The notes beneath the pieces were generated by a model that did not search any database, was not told the DNA's origin, and saw nothing but the letters and a program-made list of their open reading frames with translations. From positions 1 to 49,287 of the forward strand of contig CBDFFH010000019.1 of NCBI GenBank assembly GCA_965246715.1: a DNA stretch of 49,287 bases. Direction: 5' to 3'. Below are positions 1 through 10,635 of the stretch, piece after piece (positions within the stretch are counted from its first letter, which is position 1; each line of letters starts with the position of its first letter). The DNA comes from Chamaesiphon sp. Lineage in GTDB: Bacteria; Cyanobacteriota; Cyanobacteriia; Cyanobacteriales; Chamaesiphonaceae. The translations under genes and the position numbers were made by a program.

Positions 1-558
1 CCTGTCGCTCGCTCGGAAGTTCTCGGTTGGGCCAGCGAGATTTGTGGAGCACCTGAGTAGGCGAAAGTGCAGCTGTTCATTGTCCTGCTCGACGGGTGTC
101 AGATAGATGCCTGTGCGATGCGCCTTCCCAGGCTTGGTAGACTCAGTGAGGGTTTGGAATGTGTGCTCCGTGGAAATCCGGTTGAAGAGATCGCAGCCTA
201 GGTCGAAAAAACGTCGATAGTACACGCCGACACCATGTACGTTGATGGGCACCCGACCCAAATCCACCAGCGTCCATGTCTTGCCGTTGTCATCTTCGTT
301 ATAGCCGTGCGAGAGCCTCTCGATCGCGAATACCCGCTTGGCTGCATTGAGATTGTGGGCAGTTGACCTGGGATAAGTCGCCACATAAAATAAACGGTTT
401 TTCTGGGAGAAGCTGAGCAGATTAGAGAAAATATTATCGATCGAGATTACAGAACCGCAAAAGTCGCCGATCGAGCCTTCATCTTCTAACGTAGATGGCG
501 CGATTAGGATGTTATTTGCATCGAGGATGCGAGCTTCCGTTCTGTCTATCGTACGCAT
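1..558 (-). CDS. Hypothetical protein, runs off the window edge (missed by ORF track)
   Basis: Open frame from ATG at 558 to position 1: MRTIDRTEARILDANNILIAP...GRVPINVHGVGVYYRRFF...FQTLTESTKPGKAHRTGIYLTPV...LHFRLLRCSTNLAGPTENFRASDR. Confidence 0.7.
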   Translation of the reverse strand, partial: MRTIDRTEARILDANNILIAPSTLEDEGSIGDFCGSVISIDNIFSNLLSFSQKNRLFYVATYPRSTAHNLNAAKRVFAIERLSHGYNEDDNGKTWTLVDLGRVPINVHGVGVYYRRFFDLGCDLFNRISTEHTFQTLTESTKPGKAHRTGIYLTPVEQDNEQLHFRLLRCSTNLAGPTENFRASDR

Positions 559-774
559 TAAACTGTATCTACCATACTTTCTAACACTAACTCCTGCCAC
601 TAGTGCCTCCCCAATGGCCAGTTCGGGCTGAATATATTCAGTCTAATTACTTCCAAAGATAAATTCCCCGACTCTAAGAATATTTGTCATAAATATTTAA
701 TTAAGATGCGAAATCGATCGAAATACAATCTAGCCGAGCGGCTAAAATTTAGGAGAGAATTCGATCGATAGTAA

Positions 775-1468
775 ATGCGATTTATTTCCAAGTTTCGACA
801 CGGCGGTAAGACTCAATTCAATTGGCAACGTTTATCGATGGTTGTCTTGGGTTTGAGTGCGATCGGGCAACAAAAGTAGTGTGCTATTTCGCTTACAAGC
901 TCTGCATCAACTGGGATTTAGTATTTTAGTAGTCGATTATCGGGGCTTTGGAGCCAGCGGGGGTAATTTTCCCACCGAACTTCAGATTTATGAAGATGCC
1001 GAGTTAGCTTGGCAATATCTCACAAAATCCCGCCAAGTTAATCCTGGTAATATTGCGCTCTATGGGGAGTCAATGGGTGGTGCTGTCGCGATCGATCTGG
1101 CGAGCAAGCATCCTGATGCCTTTGGAATTATCGCCCAAAGTACTTTTACTACGATGTCCGACGCAGCTCGCCAAGATCCGTTATTGCGTTGGTTTCCGAT
1201 CGAATGGATATTAACAAATCGATTTAGATCGATCGAGAAATTACCCAATCTCAAAATTCCCATATTATTCATTCACGGCGATAATGATGATATTGTTGCC
1301 GTCTCGATGTCCGATCGACTCTATCGAGTGGCTTCAGAACCAAAACAACTTTATCTCGTTCCTGGCGGCGGACACCACGCGATCTACAAGCCCGAATCTT
1401 CATATCTACGAGCGATTAGTCGGTTTATCGCTCGATCGGAAAACCGATCGAATTCAGTCACAAACTAA
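775..1468 (+). pseudogene. Alpha/beta hydrolase (BEM46/ABHD-like), probably internally deleted and frameshifted
   Basis: DYRGFG, GESMGG nucleophile elbow, HGDND and GGGH motifs in 857..1468. The N-terminal HG oxyanion strand is missing. An out-of-frame N-terminus (ATG 775, MRFISK...LSMVVLGLSAIG) joins at CGATCG 860-865. Confidence 0.65.
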
Positions 1469-1678
1469 TCACTATGCCAAAATCGACGATCGAGTATTGG
1501 AATCCATTAATCCAGATAAATAACTACCTTGGAAACCGCTCCCAGGGCTGGAAGAAATGGTCGAAGAATTAACGCTGAGTATCCATACCGAAACTGGTGA
1601 ATACAAGCGATCGAAAGTTGTCCGATCGGATTCCGTAAATGACAACATAAGCCATCAAAATAGTTTTTACGATCGCCT

Positions 1679-1924
1679 ATGAAGAAGAAAAGGTTATTTA
1701 TGCTGAATAAGCAGGGACATCTGGTAGACGGGATACTCGGAAGTCTTGTGGACAGGGACTTTGTGAGACTTGAGCGGACTGCAACCCATGAAGCATCTGT
1801 TTCTCAACTATGGGGGTTAGCTCAGCATCCTCACCATGTAATTCGGCGGGCAGTTGCCCAAAATCTAAATGCGCCTCTAGAAATTATCAAGCAACTTATA
1901 TCAGATAGCCCCAAATTTATTTGA
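1679..1924 (+). CDS. Small leucine-rich-repeat-variant (LRV)-like protein, possibly a fragment
   Basis: LAQHPHHVIRRAVAQNLNAPLEIIKQL resembles an LRV repeat. Confidence 0.4.
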   Translation: MKKKRLFMLNKQGHLVDGILGSLVDRDFVRLERTATHEASVSQLWGLAQHPHHVIRRAVAQNLNAPLEIIKQLISDSPKFI

Positions 1925-2213
1925 GGGCGGTGTTCGAGCGAAGCTAGAAGTCATTAAGCGGAAACGCTTAACCCGAACTCGCGTTAGTTAGATAGACAAA
2001 TTTCCACTTAACACGCCAAATCAGGTACCCAAGCAGATTAAATTCAGTCTAAACACCCTAGAGAATAGTCGATCGAGTCTGGCACTATTTGTAACGATCG
2101 TCAATCCATGCCCAACTTCAGCCGATCTACTTAAGATCGATCTTCACTAGTTACGAGTTTTGTACTAAAATCGTCTGTACATATACTCCATCACTAAAAA
2201 TAAAAAGTAGCTT

Positions 2214-3083
2214 GTGTTAAATCGTCGTCGCTGGGTAATGAATCTAGTCGTGTCAGTCTCTTTGCTGGCGCTAACTGGGTTTTCGCTGTTTCCGCTCGTC
2301 AATTTGGCATTAGATAGTGGTGCCGCATCTGCTACCGACTCAAATAGTCTGTCCGCCGCCCAGCTCGGTCAAATTCAAGCCCAAGCGCAGGGATACACTC
2401 AAGTGTTGCAAAAAGAGCCAGAAAACCAGGTCGCACTCAAAGGTTTACTCAATGCCCGATTGCAGTTGGGCGATATTAAAGGTAGCTTATTACCCCTCGA
2501 AAAAATTGCCGCACTCAATCCTCAAACTCCAGACTATACAGTACTGCTAGCTCAGACCAAGCAGTATTTAGGCGATCCTGAAGGTGCCACTGCTAGTTAT
2601 CGCACGGTACTCGCCATTCAACCTCAGAACATCAATGCTCTGCAAGGATTGGTAAGTCTCCTCATCGATGCCAAACGTCCTGAAGCCGCAATGGGTGCCG
2701 TACAGGAATCGCTGAAGAAAGTCACATCGCCAGCAGATGCTACGCCGATCGAGTTATTATTGGCTCAAATCTACATTACCCAACAGCGCAACGCCGATGC
2801 ATTGGCGATTTACGATAAGCTGATCGATGCAAATAAAGAAGATTTTCGCCCCGTCTTAGCTAAAGCTTTGGTATTCAAACAGATGGGCAATCTCACCGAA
2901 GCTCAAGCCTTGATGAATACCGCGATGGGTTTGGCTCCAGCTGAGTACAAAGACCAGATTCTCCAATTAGCACAAGCTACACAACCACCTAAAGCCGCGA
3001 TCGCACCAAATCTCAGTAGTCCCGTACCTTCAGCAGTTTCTCCCAAACCAGAAACTGCCCCTCAACCTCAAGTAGCCAAATAG
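2214..3083 (+). CDS. Tetratricopeptide repeat protein with N-terminal membrane anchor
   Basis: Hydrophobic N-terminus, TPR-like helices (VLQKEPENQVALKGL, VLAIQPQNINALQGL), Pro-rich tail. Confidence 0.85.
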   Translation: MLNRRRWVMNLVVSVSLLALTGFSLFPLVNLALDSGAASATDSNSLSAAQLGQIQAQAQGYTQVLQKEPENQVALKGLLNARLQLGDIKGSLLPLEKIAALNPQTPDYTVLLAQTKQYLGDPEGATASYRTVLAIQPQNINALQGLVSLLIDAKRPEAAMGAVQESLKKVTSPADATPIELLLAQIYITQQRNADALAIYDKLIDANKEDFRPVLAKALVFKQMGNLTEAQALMNTAMGLAPAEYKDQILQLAQATQPPKAAIAPNLSSPVPSAVSPKPETAPQPQVAK

Positions 3084-3262
3084 TTCGCTATTAATTAATA
3101 CTTAGGGGATAGTAGCAGATTTGGCTGCGGATTGGCTCCTGGTGACGTTGGGAGCGTCACCAAAACCAGATCGAGTTGCAGACCAACGATCGCGAATCGA
3201 TCGTTGGTTGAGACGGGAGAATTGCTATAATAGATAGTCCAGACTTCATCTTTAAAAATACA

Positions 3263-4495
3263 TTGTCCTTGTTCCAACTGTGGCTATACTTGGCTCCACC
3301 TCTGGCTGGTGCAGTTGTCGGCTATTTTACCAATGATGTTGCGATCAAAATGCTATTTCGACCGTATACGGCGAAATATATTGGTAAATATCAGTTACCG
3401 TTTACGCCAGGACTGATTCCGAGCAATCAAGAACGATTGGCGACGCGGATCTCGGATACGATTATGGGTTCGTTACTAACCCCATCGGAACTGCAAAAAA
3501 TCGCCAAGCGATTGCTTGAAGTAGAGCGAGTGCAGGCGGCAATTAGTTGGTTGCTGCAACTAGCTTTAGACCAGATTCAAGCAGATAAAGAACAGAAGAC
3601 AGTCAAGATTTTAGCGAACATCCTCAAGGATTTATTAGGTGAGTCTTTACCTCGTTGGCTCCGAGTCTTAGCGCGGAAACCAGATTTTTTAGAACCACAG
3701 TTAAATCAAATCTTCGATCGTGCGATCCTAGAGTTTGAGTTGACTGATGCTCAAGCCAAACAATTGACCGATTGGTTGATTAATGTCATTTTACCACCAG
3801 AAACATTGCGCTTGGCGACGATCGATTTTTTGACCGATCGCAACATTCAAGCGATCGATGAAAGTTTTCGTGAAAAGAGCAGCGGTACTTATTGGGTAGT
3901 TGCTAATTTATTTGGTGTCAAGAATGCCCTCAGTCGGTTGCGCACCTTTTGTTTGGACGATCGCGAGCAAGCCAATCGAGTCATCGCCGATCTGATTAAT
4001 GCCTTAAATATCCGCAATCGCGTGCAAGAGTTACTACGCGATCTGTCGCTCCAAAATTTACCCGTCTCCACTGTCAAACAACTTCGCAAAACTTTGAATG
4101 ATAGCGTTCGCAGCTATCTTCAGAGTAAAGGGATTGAATTATTGCAAGGATTGACCGATTCGGTTGATTGGGAAAATATTGCCAATGTTGTCATCGGACG
4201 GCTCCGGAGTTCGACGATCCTCACCTCGTCTTTGGATGTCGTCAGCGCCGAATTAGCGACGATCATCGATCGCTATTTAGAACGCGATCTCGAACAAATT
4301 GTCACGCAAGTGATTCCGATTTTGAGTATCGACCAAGTAATTATCGATCGCGTCAAATCAACTTCTCCCGCAGATTTGGAAGCTGGAATCCAAGGCATTG
4401 TCAAAAGCGAACTGCAAGGGATTGTCAACCTCGGTGGAGTACTCGGTTTTATCGTTGGCTTGATGCAAACTGCCATTCTGTGGTTCCAACAATAA
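3263..4495 (+). CDS. DUF445 family membrane protein
   Basis: [16 protein letters not shown]-terminal motif and [18 protein letters not shown]-terminal motif. Confidence 0.9.
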   Translation: MSLFQLWLYLAPPLAGAVVGYFTNDVAIKMLFRPYTAKYIGKYQLPFTPGLIPSNQERLATRISDTIMGSLLTPSELQKIAKRLLEVERVQAAISWLLQLALDQIQADKEQKTVKILANILKDLLGESLPRWLRVLARKPDFLEPQLNQIFDRAILEFELTDAQAKQLTDWLINVILPPETLRLATIDFLTDRNIQAIDESFREKSSGTYWVVANLFGVKNALSRLRTFCLDDREQANRVIADLINALNIRNRVQELLRDLSLQNLPVSTVKQLRKTLNDSVRSYLQSKGIELLQGLTDSVDWENIANVVIGRLRSSTILTSSLDVVSAELATIIDRYLERDLEQIVTQVIPILSIDQVIIDRVKSTSPADLEAGIQGIVKSELQGIVNLGGVLGFIVGLMQTAILWFQQ

Positions 4496-4597
4496 CTAGT
4501 TTGCACCGGAAATTTATCTAGATTCAATTACGATCGAGCGTCCCAATTCGATCGCGATCTATAAATTTTAGTGGCTAATGACTAACGACCGATAAGT

Positions 4598-6108
4598 CAG
4601 GTTAAACGCATCAAAACTTGATATGAGGCGATCGAATTCAATAATACATACAACTTAAGCAGTATTTATGAACTAAATACATTTACGACGAATTCAATTA
4701 GAACTGATGTATAGTATAAGGCAATATTTATTTAATTTAATGCAATATAAAGTAGTCGATCGAAGGAATAACTTAAATCGTCGATATATTATAGAAGTAA
4801 TTTGATTTCAACCAATAGTTCGTAAATTATAAAATACCTTCTAAAATTTCAGCCAAGTATTTGTCATCTATACCTGCTAGAAATCTCTTGCTTTTCACAC
4901 TTAATTTCCGACTTTTATTTTGACTAATTAAGTTAATAGCTATGTGCCGTAATACTGCAAAATTAGCTGGCGCATTATCTTTCCTAATTCGACTATAATC
5001 TTCTCTTAAAGAAACATCAAGTACCCAATGAAGTGAATTTTCTATCCCCCAATGACCTCTAATTGCTCCGGCGACTCTCTTGGCATTATTAGCTAAACTA
5101 CTAATAAAATAACGAGTCTCTATGGTGGTTTTATCCCCAATAGTTCTTACTGATTCAACCATCGCAATACTAGTCAATTTCATCCAGTTATGGGATGAAT
5201 CTATTCGATCGGCAACATCTGATATCATTAAATAATTACGGATTTCTTCCCTACCCCCATTAATCTCCTTAGTCCTGAAATCACTCAGATTGAAACCTGC
5301 GCCACCAGTTGCAATAGCCTGTTTAAATAGCCTTTCTACTTGGTCGTATAAACTTGGTTGATTCTTTTTCACAGCAATTACATAATCTGCATCTTTTTCA
5401 ACAATTTTTTTTACTATTTCTCTTTGACATCCCATTGCATCAATGGTAACTATACATCCGGCTAAATCTAGAACTTTAATTAATTCAGGAAGTGCTGTGA
5501 TTTCATTAGATTTGCCCTCAACCATTTTCTGTCCTAATACTAATCTATTAGTTACAGCCCATGCACTAACAGTATTTAGTACACCTTGTCCATTAGTATT
5601 ATCTCCTGAATTTCGAGATTGTTTGCCGTCAAGTGCAATTATTTCTCCTGCTGTTATTTTAGATATTCCTTTAACCCAACTCAGGAAACTTTTTTGAAAT
5701 TCTTCAGGATTAATTCGTGAAAATACCCTTCCAAATGTATCATGTGATGGAATACCATGCGGCAACTCTAAAAATTTACCTAGCCATTCCTTCTTCGCCA
5801 AACCATAAATTTCTATATCTATCCATGTATCAGCTCCAGATACTACAGCACAAATGGTAATGGTGATGATATCAATTAATTTATGCTTTTTCCCGCGCTC
5901 TGTCCTGTAGTCTTCTACACTCTCGAAGTGTTCTATAATACTATATTTTGGCTTCAGCTTCATTTTAGTTAAATTAAATTTGTTAAATTCTAACATAGTT
6001 AATTAGCTCTAACTATTACCTAGCAGTAATTACAAGATTTCTAGATGCTATTTATTCATTCGATCGTCAAAGTTTTTAGTAATAACAAATTTAAGTGCGT
6101 TTAACCTG
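4598..6108 (-). mobile_element. ISAs1-family insertion sequence, intact
   Basis: 13-bp terminal IRs CAGGTTAAACGCA (4598) and TGCGTTTAACCTG (6108). 10-bp target duplication ACCGATAAGT at 4588-4597 and 6109-6118. AT-rich. Confidence 0.95.
4827..5996 (-). CDS. ISAs1 family transposase
   Basis: PSHDTFGRVF, IALDGK, KSNEITA, TIDAMGCQ, HWGIENSLHWVLDV motifs. Confidence 0.95.
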   Translation of the reverse strand: MLEFNKFNLTKMKLKPKYSIIEHFESVEDYRTERGKKHKLIDIITITICAVVSGADTWIDIEIYGLAKKEWLGKFLELPHGIPSHDTFGRVFSRINPEEFQKSFLSWVKGISKITAGEIIALDGKQSRNSGDNTNGQGVLNTVSAWAVTNRLVLGQKMVEGKSNEITALPELIKVLDLAGCIVTIDAMGCQREIVKKIVEKDADYVIAVKKNQPSLYDQVERLFKQAIATGGAGFNLSDFRTKEINGGREEIRNYLMISDVADRIDSSHNWMKLTSIAMVESVRTIGDKTTIETRYFISSLANNAKRVAGAIRGHWGIENSLHWVLDVSLREDYSRIRKDNAPANFAVLRHIAINLISQNKSRKLSVKSKRFLAGIDDKYLAEILEGIL

Positions 6109-6510
6109 ACCGATAAGTCTATATTTAAGTTAGCCGATCGCAATTGAGTAATGGTAATTTCTGCTGGCAATCTAGCTTGCCAATGTCAGCCATTGCCCTT
6201 CCCATAAATATCGCAGCGCCGAATTACCTAATTTTATCGAACCATCCCAATTAACAATTTAATGATTAATTAATTTTTCCAATTCAAAAAAACTGGTATG
6301 TTTTTAAAGACTGGAGAACTTTAAGGTGCTAATTTACGTCTGAGATCTTCAAGGTACGAGAGTACATCTCAGCTCGAACTTCACCCAGATCGACCCCCAA
6401 TCGATCCATTCACCAACTTATCTTAGCGTCCGCTCGCACGCTAGAGCCTTAAGAAAGTCGTGAGGGAAAAAGTTTTGGCAGCCACTTGTAAAGGGAGTTA
6501 AACAAAACTC

Positions 6511-7491
6511 ATGCCTAGTGCAAAAACTCAAACGATCGGTCAACCCAGATATACAGGCGATATGGTGCGTACCTATCTTCATGAAATCGGTCGCGTACCA
6601 CTGCTGACTCACGAGCAAGAAATTTGCTACGGGAAGCAGGTGCAACAAATGATGCTGCTACAAGAGGTCAAGCAGAGCCTCGAACAGGTATTAGAGCGTC
6701 CGCCGACTACTATTGAATGGGCGAGTAAATCGACGCTTACAGAGACCGAACTCGACCGAGCATTGCGGCGCGGTCTTCAGGCAAAGCAAAAGATGATCGC
6801 CGCCAACCTTCGCTTGGTAGTTGCAATTGCTAAAAAATACCAAAAGCGCAACCTCGAATTTCTTGACTTGATTCAGGAAGGTTCGCTCGGACTAGAGCGC
6901 GGTGTTGAAAAATTCGATCCGACCCGAGGGTATAAATTCTCCACCTATGCTTACTGGTGGATCCGACAAGCAATCACCCGCGCCATCGCCCAGCAAGGTC
7001 GATCGATCCGACTGCCGATTCATATTACCGAAAAACTCAACAAGATCAAAAAAACCCAGCGGGAATTGTCCCAACAACTCGGACGCAGTGCGACTTCAGC
7101 TGAAATTGCCACCGCGCTCGAACTCGAACCCGCCCAAATTCGCGATTATCTTAACATTTCGCGCCAACCGATCTCACTCGATGTCCGGGTGGGGGATCGT
7201 CAAGATACCGAACTCTCGGAGCTGCTCGAAGATGGCGGGATCTCCCCAGAAAAATACACGGTGCAAGAGTCACTGCGCCAGGAGTTACAAGCTACCCTTG
7301 CCGAACTATCGGTTCAGCAGCAGGAAGTAATTAGTTTGCGGTTTGGGTTGGATGGCGGTAAAGAGCTATCGCTGGCAAAAGTTGGTGAAATTCTCAATCT
7401 CAGTCGCGAACGCGTGCGGCAATTAGAACATCAAGCGCTATCGCACTTCCGCCGCAGTCATAGCAGCTTCCGCGATTATGTCGCCAGTTAA
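6511..7491 (+). CDS. sigB: Group 2 RNA polymerase sigma factor (SigB-like)
   Basis: DMVRTYLHEIGRVPLL, ANLRLVVAIAKKY, DLIQEG, YKFSTYAYWWIRQ, region 4 SRERVRQ; no region 1.1. Confidence 0.85.
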   Translation: MPSAKTQTIGQPRYTGDMVRTYLHEIGRVPLLTHEQEICYGKQVQQMMLLQEVKQSLEQVLERPPTTIEWASKSTLTETELDRALRRGLQAKQKMIAANLRLVVAIAKKYQKRNLEFLDLIQEGSLGLERGVEKFDPTRGYKFSTYAYWWIRQAITRAIAQQGRSIRLPIHITEKLNKIKKTQRELSQQLGRSATSAEIATALELEPAQIRDYLNISRQPISLDVRVGDRQDTELSELLEDGGISPEKYTVQESLRQELQATLAELSVQQQEVISLRFGLDGGKELSLAKVGEILNLSRERVRQLEHQALSHFRRSHSSFRDYVAS

Positions 7492-7598
7492 CCAGTTCAA
7501 ACTTTGATTGCGCGATCGATATGCCCCCTTTGCACTAGGTTAGACTAGGGTAAGAGGGCATATTTATTTTTGTCAGTTTACAGAATGCAGAAGGTAAA

Positions 7599-8108
7599 TT
7601 GAGGTTATTGCTGAAGATCGTCATCAAATTTTTGCAGTCTGTCCGCAATCGCCAACCACTCTATCTTATTAGTGCGGCAATTGCAATTTTAGATTTAGTT
7701 GTGATTCATCTGATTGGGATGGCAGACCGTCCTACTCAAGCGGCTTTACCGCAGATTGCCGATGGTGCTTATCTATATGGCGAAGTCTCTCGACCGGATG
7801 TAATTGGTAAAGAGTATATCGCGATCGACAAGCGCGGCGATCGCGTAATTGGGGCATTTTATCTCCCGCGTTCGGAATTTAGCTGCTTTTACGGTCGGGT
7901 TCAGGGTTCGCAACTAAACATCACGTTAGTCGATCCATTCGATCGCCAAAAATCTAATTATACGCTCGCTGTCACTGCTAATGGTTTGACTGCCAGCAGG
8001 CAACAAAAACTGGGAACGCCTACCTATCGATCGCTGGGCAAGCTTGGTAAAATCGATCGGCAGATCTTAACTAGTTGCAAGAGCCAATTTAAAAACGTCA
8101 AGCAGTAG
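7599..8108 (+). CDS. Hypothetical cyanobacterial membrane-anchored protein
   Basis: N-terminal TM helix, then DGAYLYGE...IGKEY...GAFYLPRSEFSCFYG; start uncertain. Confidence 0.7.
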   Translation: MRLLLKIVIKFLQSVRNRQPLYLISAAIAILDLVVIHLIGMADRPTQAALPQIADGAYLYGEVSRPDVIGKEYIAIDKRGDRVIGAFYLPRSEFSCFYGRVQGSQLNITLVDPFDRQKSNYTLAVTANGLTASRQQKLGTPTYRSLGKLGKIDRQILTSCKSQFKNVKQ

Positions 8109-8244
8109 GCGTGATGCCCACGACAACAGGGTGAGAGTAGTAACTACCTTCACCCCAAATTGACGATCGGATTGAATTGCCAAATAACTGCGATCTGTGT
8201 TCTGCTAAAGTTGCTGATGAAGATCGCCAGTCATTCGCGTTAGA

Positions 8245-8544
8245 TTAGTAGCTGGGCTTGTTGCGGAACTCACCACCGCTACGACCGCCGCCAGCAGCAT
8301 CTTCACGGGGACGAGCCTTGTTGACTTTGAGATAACGCCCCATCCACTCAGCACCATCGAGATTGGTGATGGCATTGTCTTCGCTGGCATCATCAGACAT
8401 TTCGACAAAAGCAAAGCCACGCATTCTGCCAGTCTCGCGATCTGTAGGTAAGACAACGCGTTTGACTGTGCCGTAATCCTCAAAAACTGTTTTTAAGTCT
8501 TCTTCGGTGGCTTGATAGGACAGGTTTCCGATATAAATGGTCAT
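8245..8544 (-). CDS. rbp: RRM RNA-binding protein with Gly-rich tail
   Basis: RNP2 IYIGNL, RNP1 RGFAFVEM. Confidence 0.95.
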   Translation of the reverse strand: MTIYIGNLSYQATEEDLKTVFEDYGTVKRVVLPTDRETGRMRGFAFVEMSDDASEDNAITNLDGAEWMGRYLKVNKARPREDAAGGGRSGGEFRNKPSY

Positions 8545-8841
8545 GTGAGAATCGATAAAGCTGGACGAGACACCTTACCGTGCAGTCAACCGACGTAAGT
8601 TGGCCGCTAGCAAAAAGCAACGCAACTAAGCCTGGTTCAAATCGCTGGTCGATCGAAAATTCGAGCAAAACTCACCTTCACAAGGTAGTCGTCCAAATTT
8701 TAAAATTAACCAACGACATTACTGCACGAGTAATTATCTTTTCTATCATACCCGATTTGCTCAAAAACCGAGTTATCTAGATTACAAGTTTACCGATTCT
8801 TTGCACGACCGAGTGGTTGAGTAAATGTACTTATCGAGAGT

Positions 8842-9051
8842 TTAATCGATATCGATCGATTGTGGCCCTTGACGATTGCCTGTATCGGTTTGAGTATTAG
8901 CTGGAGTATATCCTGCTTGCTTTTCCAACCATGTTTTGATGGGGTCATCATTGAGATTGAGCCGCAACACACCAGACATGAAACCGTTGCAAAAAGCTAC
9001 TGGTTCTTTCGCTAGTTCTTTAAGAATCGGTGTTAGTTCGTTTAAAAGCAT
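8842..9051 (-). CDS. Small conserved cyanobacterial protein (UPF0426-like)
   Basis: MLLNELTPILKELAKEPVAFCNGFMSGVLRLNLNDDPIKTWL...GPQSIDID; start placed at ATG 9051. Confidence 0.75.
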   Translation of the reverse strand: MLLNELTPILKELAKEPVAFCNGFMSGVLRLNLNDDPIKTWLEKQAGYTPANTQTDTGNRQGPQSIDID

Positions 9052-9165
9052 ACGATCGATCGGGCTAAACTGTAGGATATCTGTCATTTTTGATTCTAGC
9101 GCGTCTAGAGTTGGATCGATATTTGGAATCGGGTCTTCAGATCGCCGATCGGCTAAACTGGATCG

Positions 9166-10275
9166 ATGGGCGATCGGGCAAGAAGCGCTCGCCACTGTAA
9201 CTATCAAGCAAGTCTAGTCACTAATTCAATTTTGAACTCGTCGTCGTTCGCACTCTCCCACCTCCAAACCCCACTTGTCATTGGCTCTCTCCAGCTCCAC
9301 AGCCGCGTGCTCCAGTCGCCCTTGTCAGGCGTTACCGATCTGGTGTTTCGGCGATTGGTGCGGCGCTATGCCCCCGATTCGATGATGTATACCGAGATGG
9401 TGCAAGCTTCAAGTTTGCGCCATCTCAAAGAAGTGCCGCGCATCATGGAGATCGATGTCAACGAGCGCCCGATTAGCATTCAGTTATTTGACTGTCGCCC
9501 AGATTTTATGGGCGAAGCAGCGCGAATTGCAGTCGCACAAGGTGCCCAATCGATCGATATTAATATGGGTTGTCCGGTTAATAAAATCACTAAAAACGGT
9601 GGTGGTTCGTCATTACTCCGCGAACCCGCTACGGCAGTGGCACTTGTCAAGGCGGTAATTAATACCGTCGATGTGCCAGTGACGGTGAAAACCCGCATCG
9701 GTTGGGACGATGATGAGATTAATATTTTGGACTTTGCGCGGCGGATGGAGGATGCTGGGGCACAGATGCTCACGGTTCACGCCCGCACGCGCGCTCAAGG
9801 TTACAATGGCACGGCGAAATGGGACTGGATTCGTCAAGTTAAGGAAGTATTATCGATTCCCGTAATTGCCAACGGGGATATCTTTTCGGTAGAGTCGGCG
9901 ATTGCTTGTCTGGCGAAAACTGGAGCCGATGGAGTGATGTGTTCGCGGGGGACGCTCGGCTATCCATTTCTCGTCGGCGAGATCGACTATTTTCTCAAGA
10001 CAGGGGAATTATTACCACCGCCAAGTTCGATTGCCAGATTAGAATGCGCTAAAGAACATTTACAAAATTTGTACTTATATAAAGGCGATCGTGGTGTCTT
10101 CCAGGCACGAAAGCATCTGACTTGGTACGCAACCGGGTTTCCAGGTGCAGCGGAGTTACGGACTTATTTGCAAGCGATCGATAATGTAGCCGAAGGTTGG
10201 GAATTACTCGATCGGCAAATTGAAATTTTCGCGAATCAACCGCTGGCGGTTCTCTCTAGAGAACTAAGCAATTAA
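9166..10275 (+). CDS. dusB: tRNA dihydrouridine synthase B (true start probably downstream)
   Basis: IDINMGCP, VTVKTRIGW, VHART, VIANGDI, ARKHLTWY. Confidence 0.92.
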   Translation: MGDRARSARHCNYQASLVTNSILNSSSFALSHLQTPLVIGSLQLHSRVLQSPLSGVTDLVFRRLVRRYAPDSMMYTEMVQASSLRHLKEVPRIMEIDVNERPISIQLFDCRPDFMGEAARIAVAQGAQSIDINMGCPVNKITKNGGGSSLLREPATAVALVKAVINTVDVPVTVKTRIGWDDDEINILDFARRMEDAGAQMLTVHARTRAQGYNGTAKWDWIRQVKEVLSIPVIANGDIFSVESAIACLAKTGADGVMCSRGTLGYPFLVGEIDYFLKTGELLPPPSSIARLECAKEHLQNLYLYKGDRGVFQARKHLTWYATGFPGAAELRTYLQAIDNVAEGWELLDRQIEIFANQPLAVLSRELSN

Positions 10276-10484
10276 GCAGTTCTATTCAGAGAACTTTTGC
10301 TATTAGCCCGAACTTATAGTTCAGGGCTGTGCTTAAGCGGAGAAAATCAATTTTCCCTAACCCGAACTGGTGCTGGCTAGACTTTTGAGGGATTTAACAT
10401 TCAATATTAACTCACTCCCTACTAATAACCTACCGTTGAGTAACTGCCGAAGGCAATCTAAGCTAGCATACCAGAAATCCATTC

Positions 10485-10557
10485 GCAGGGGAGCCTGAGG
10501 GGCGGCGACCCGCTCCTCAGCGGGGGGTCTGGGGGTTCCGACCCCCAGATTCGGGTT
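10485..10557 (+). repeat. GC-rich dispersed repeat core; an inverted copy lies at 33636-33708
   Basis: GCAGGGGAG..GAGGGG..CCGCTCCTCA.CGGGGGGTCTGGGGG(loop)CCCCCAGAT.CGGGTT aligns with the reverse complement of 33636-33708. Confidence 0.85.
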
Positions 10558-10635
10558 TTTGCGTCTACCAATAACATTTTTACTTCTCGCAATCAATCGC
10601 GAATGGGAAGGCTTCGCCCACAATTCAAGCTCGAA

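Noticed and set aside
198..386. 62-aa ORF from the track
   Set aside because: Alternative frame inside the longer 1..558 minus-strand ORF
10357..10623. 88-aa ORF
   Set aside because: Lies in a GC-rich dispersed repeat; no protein features
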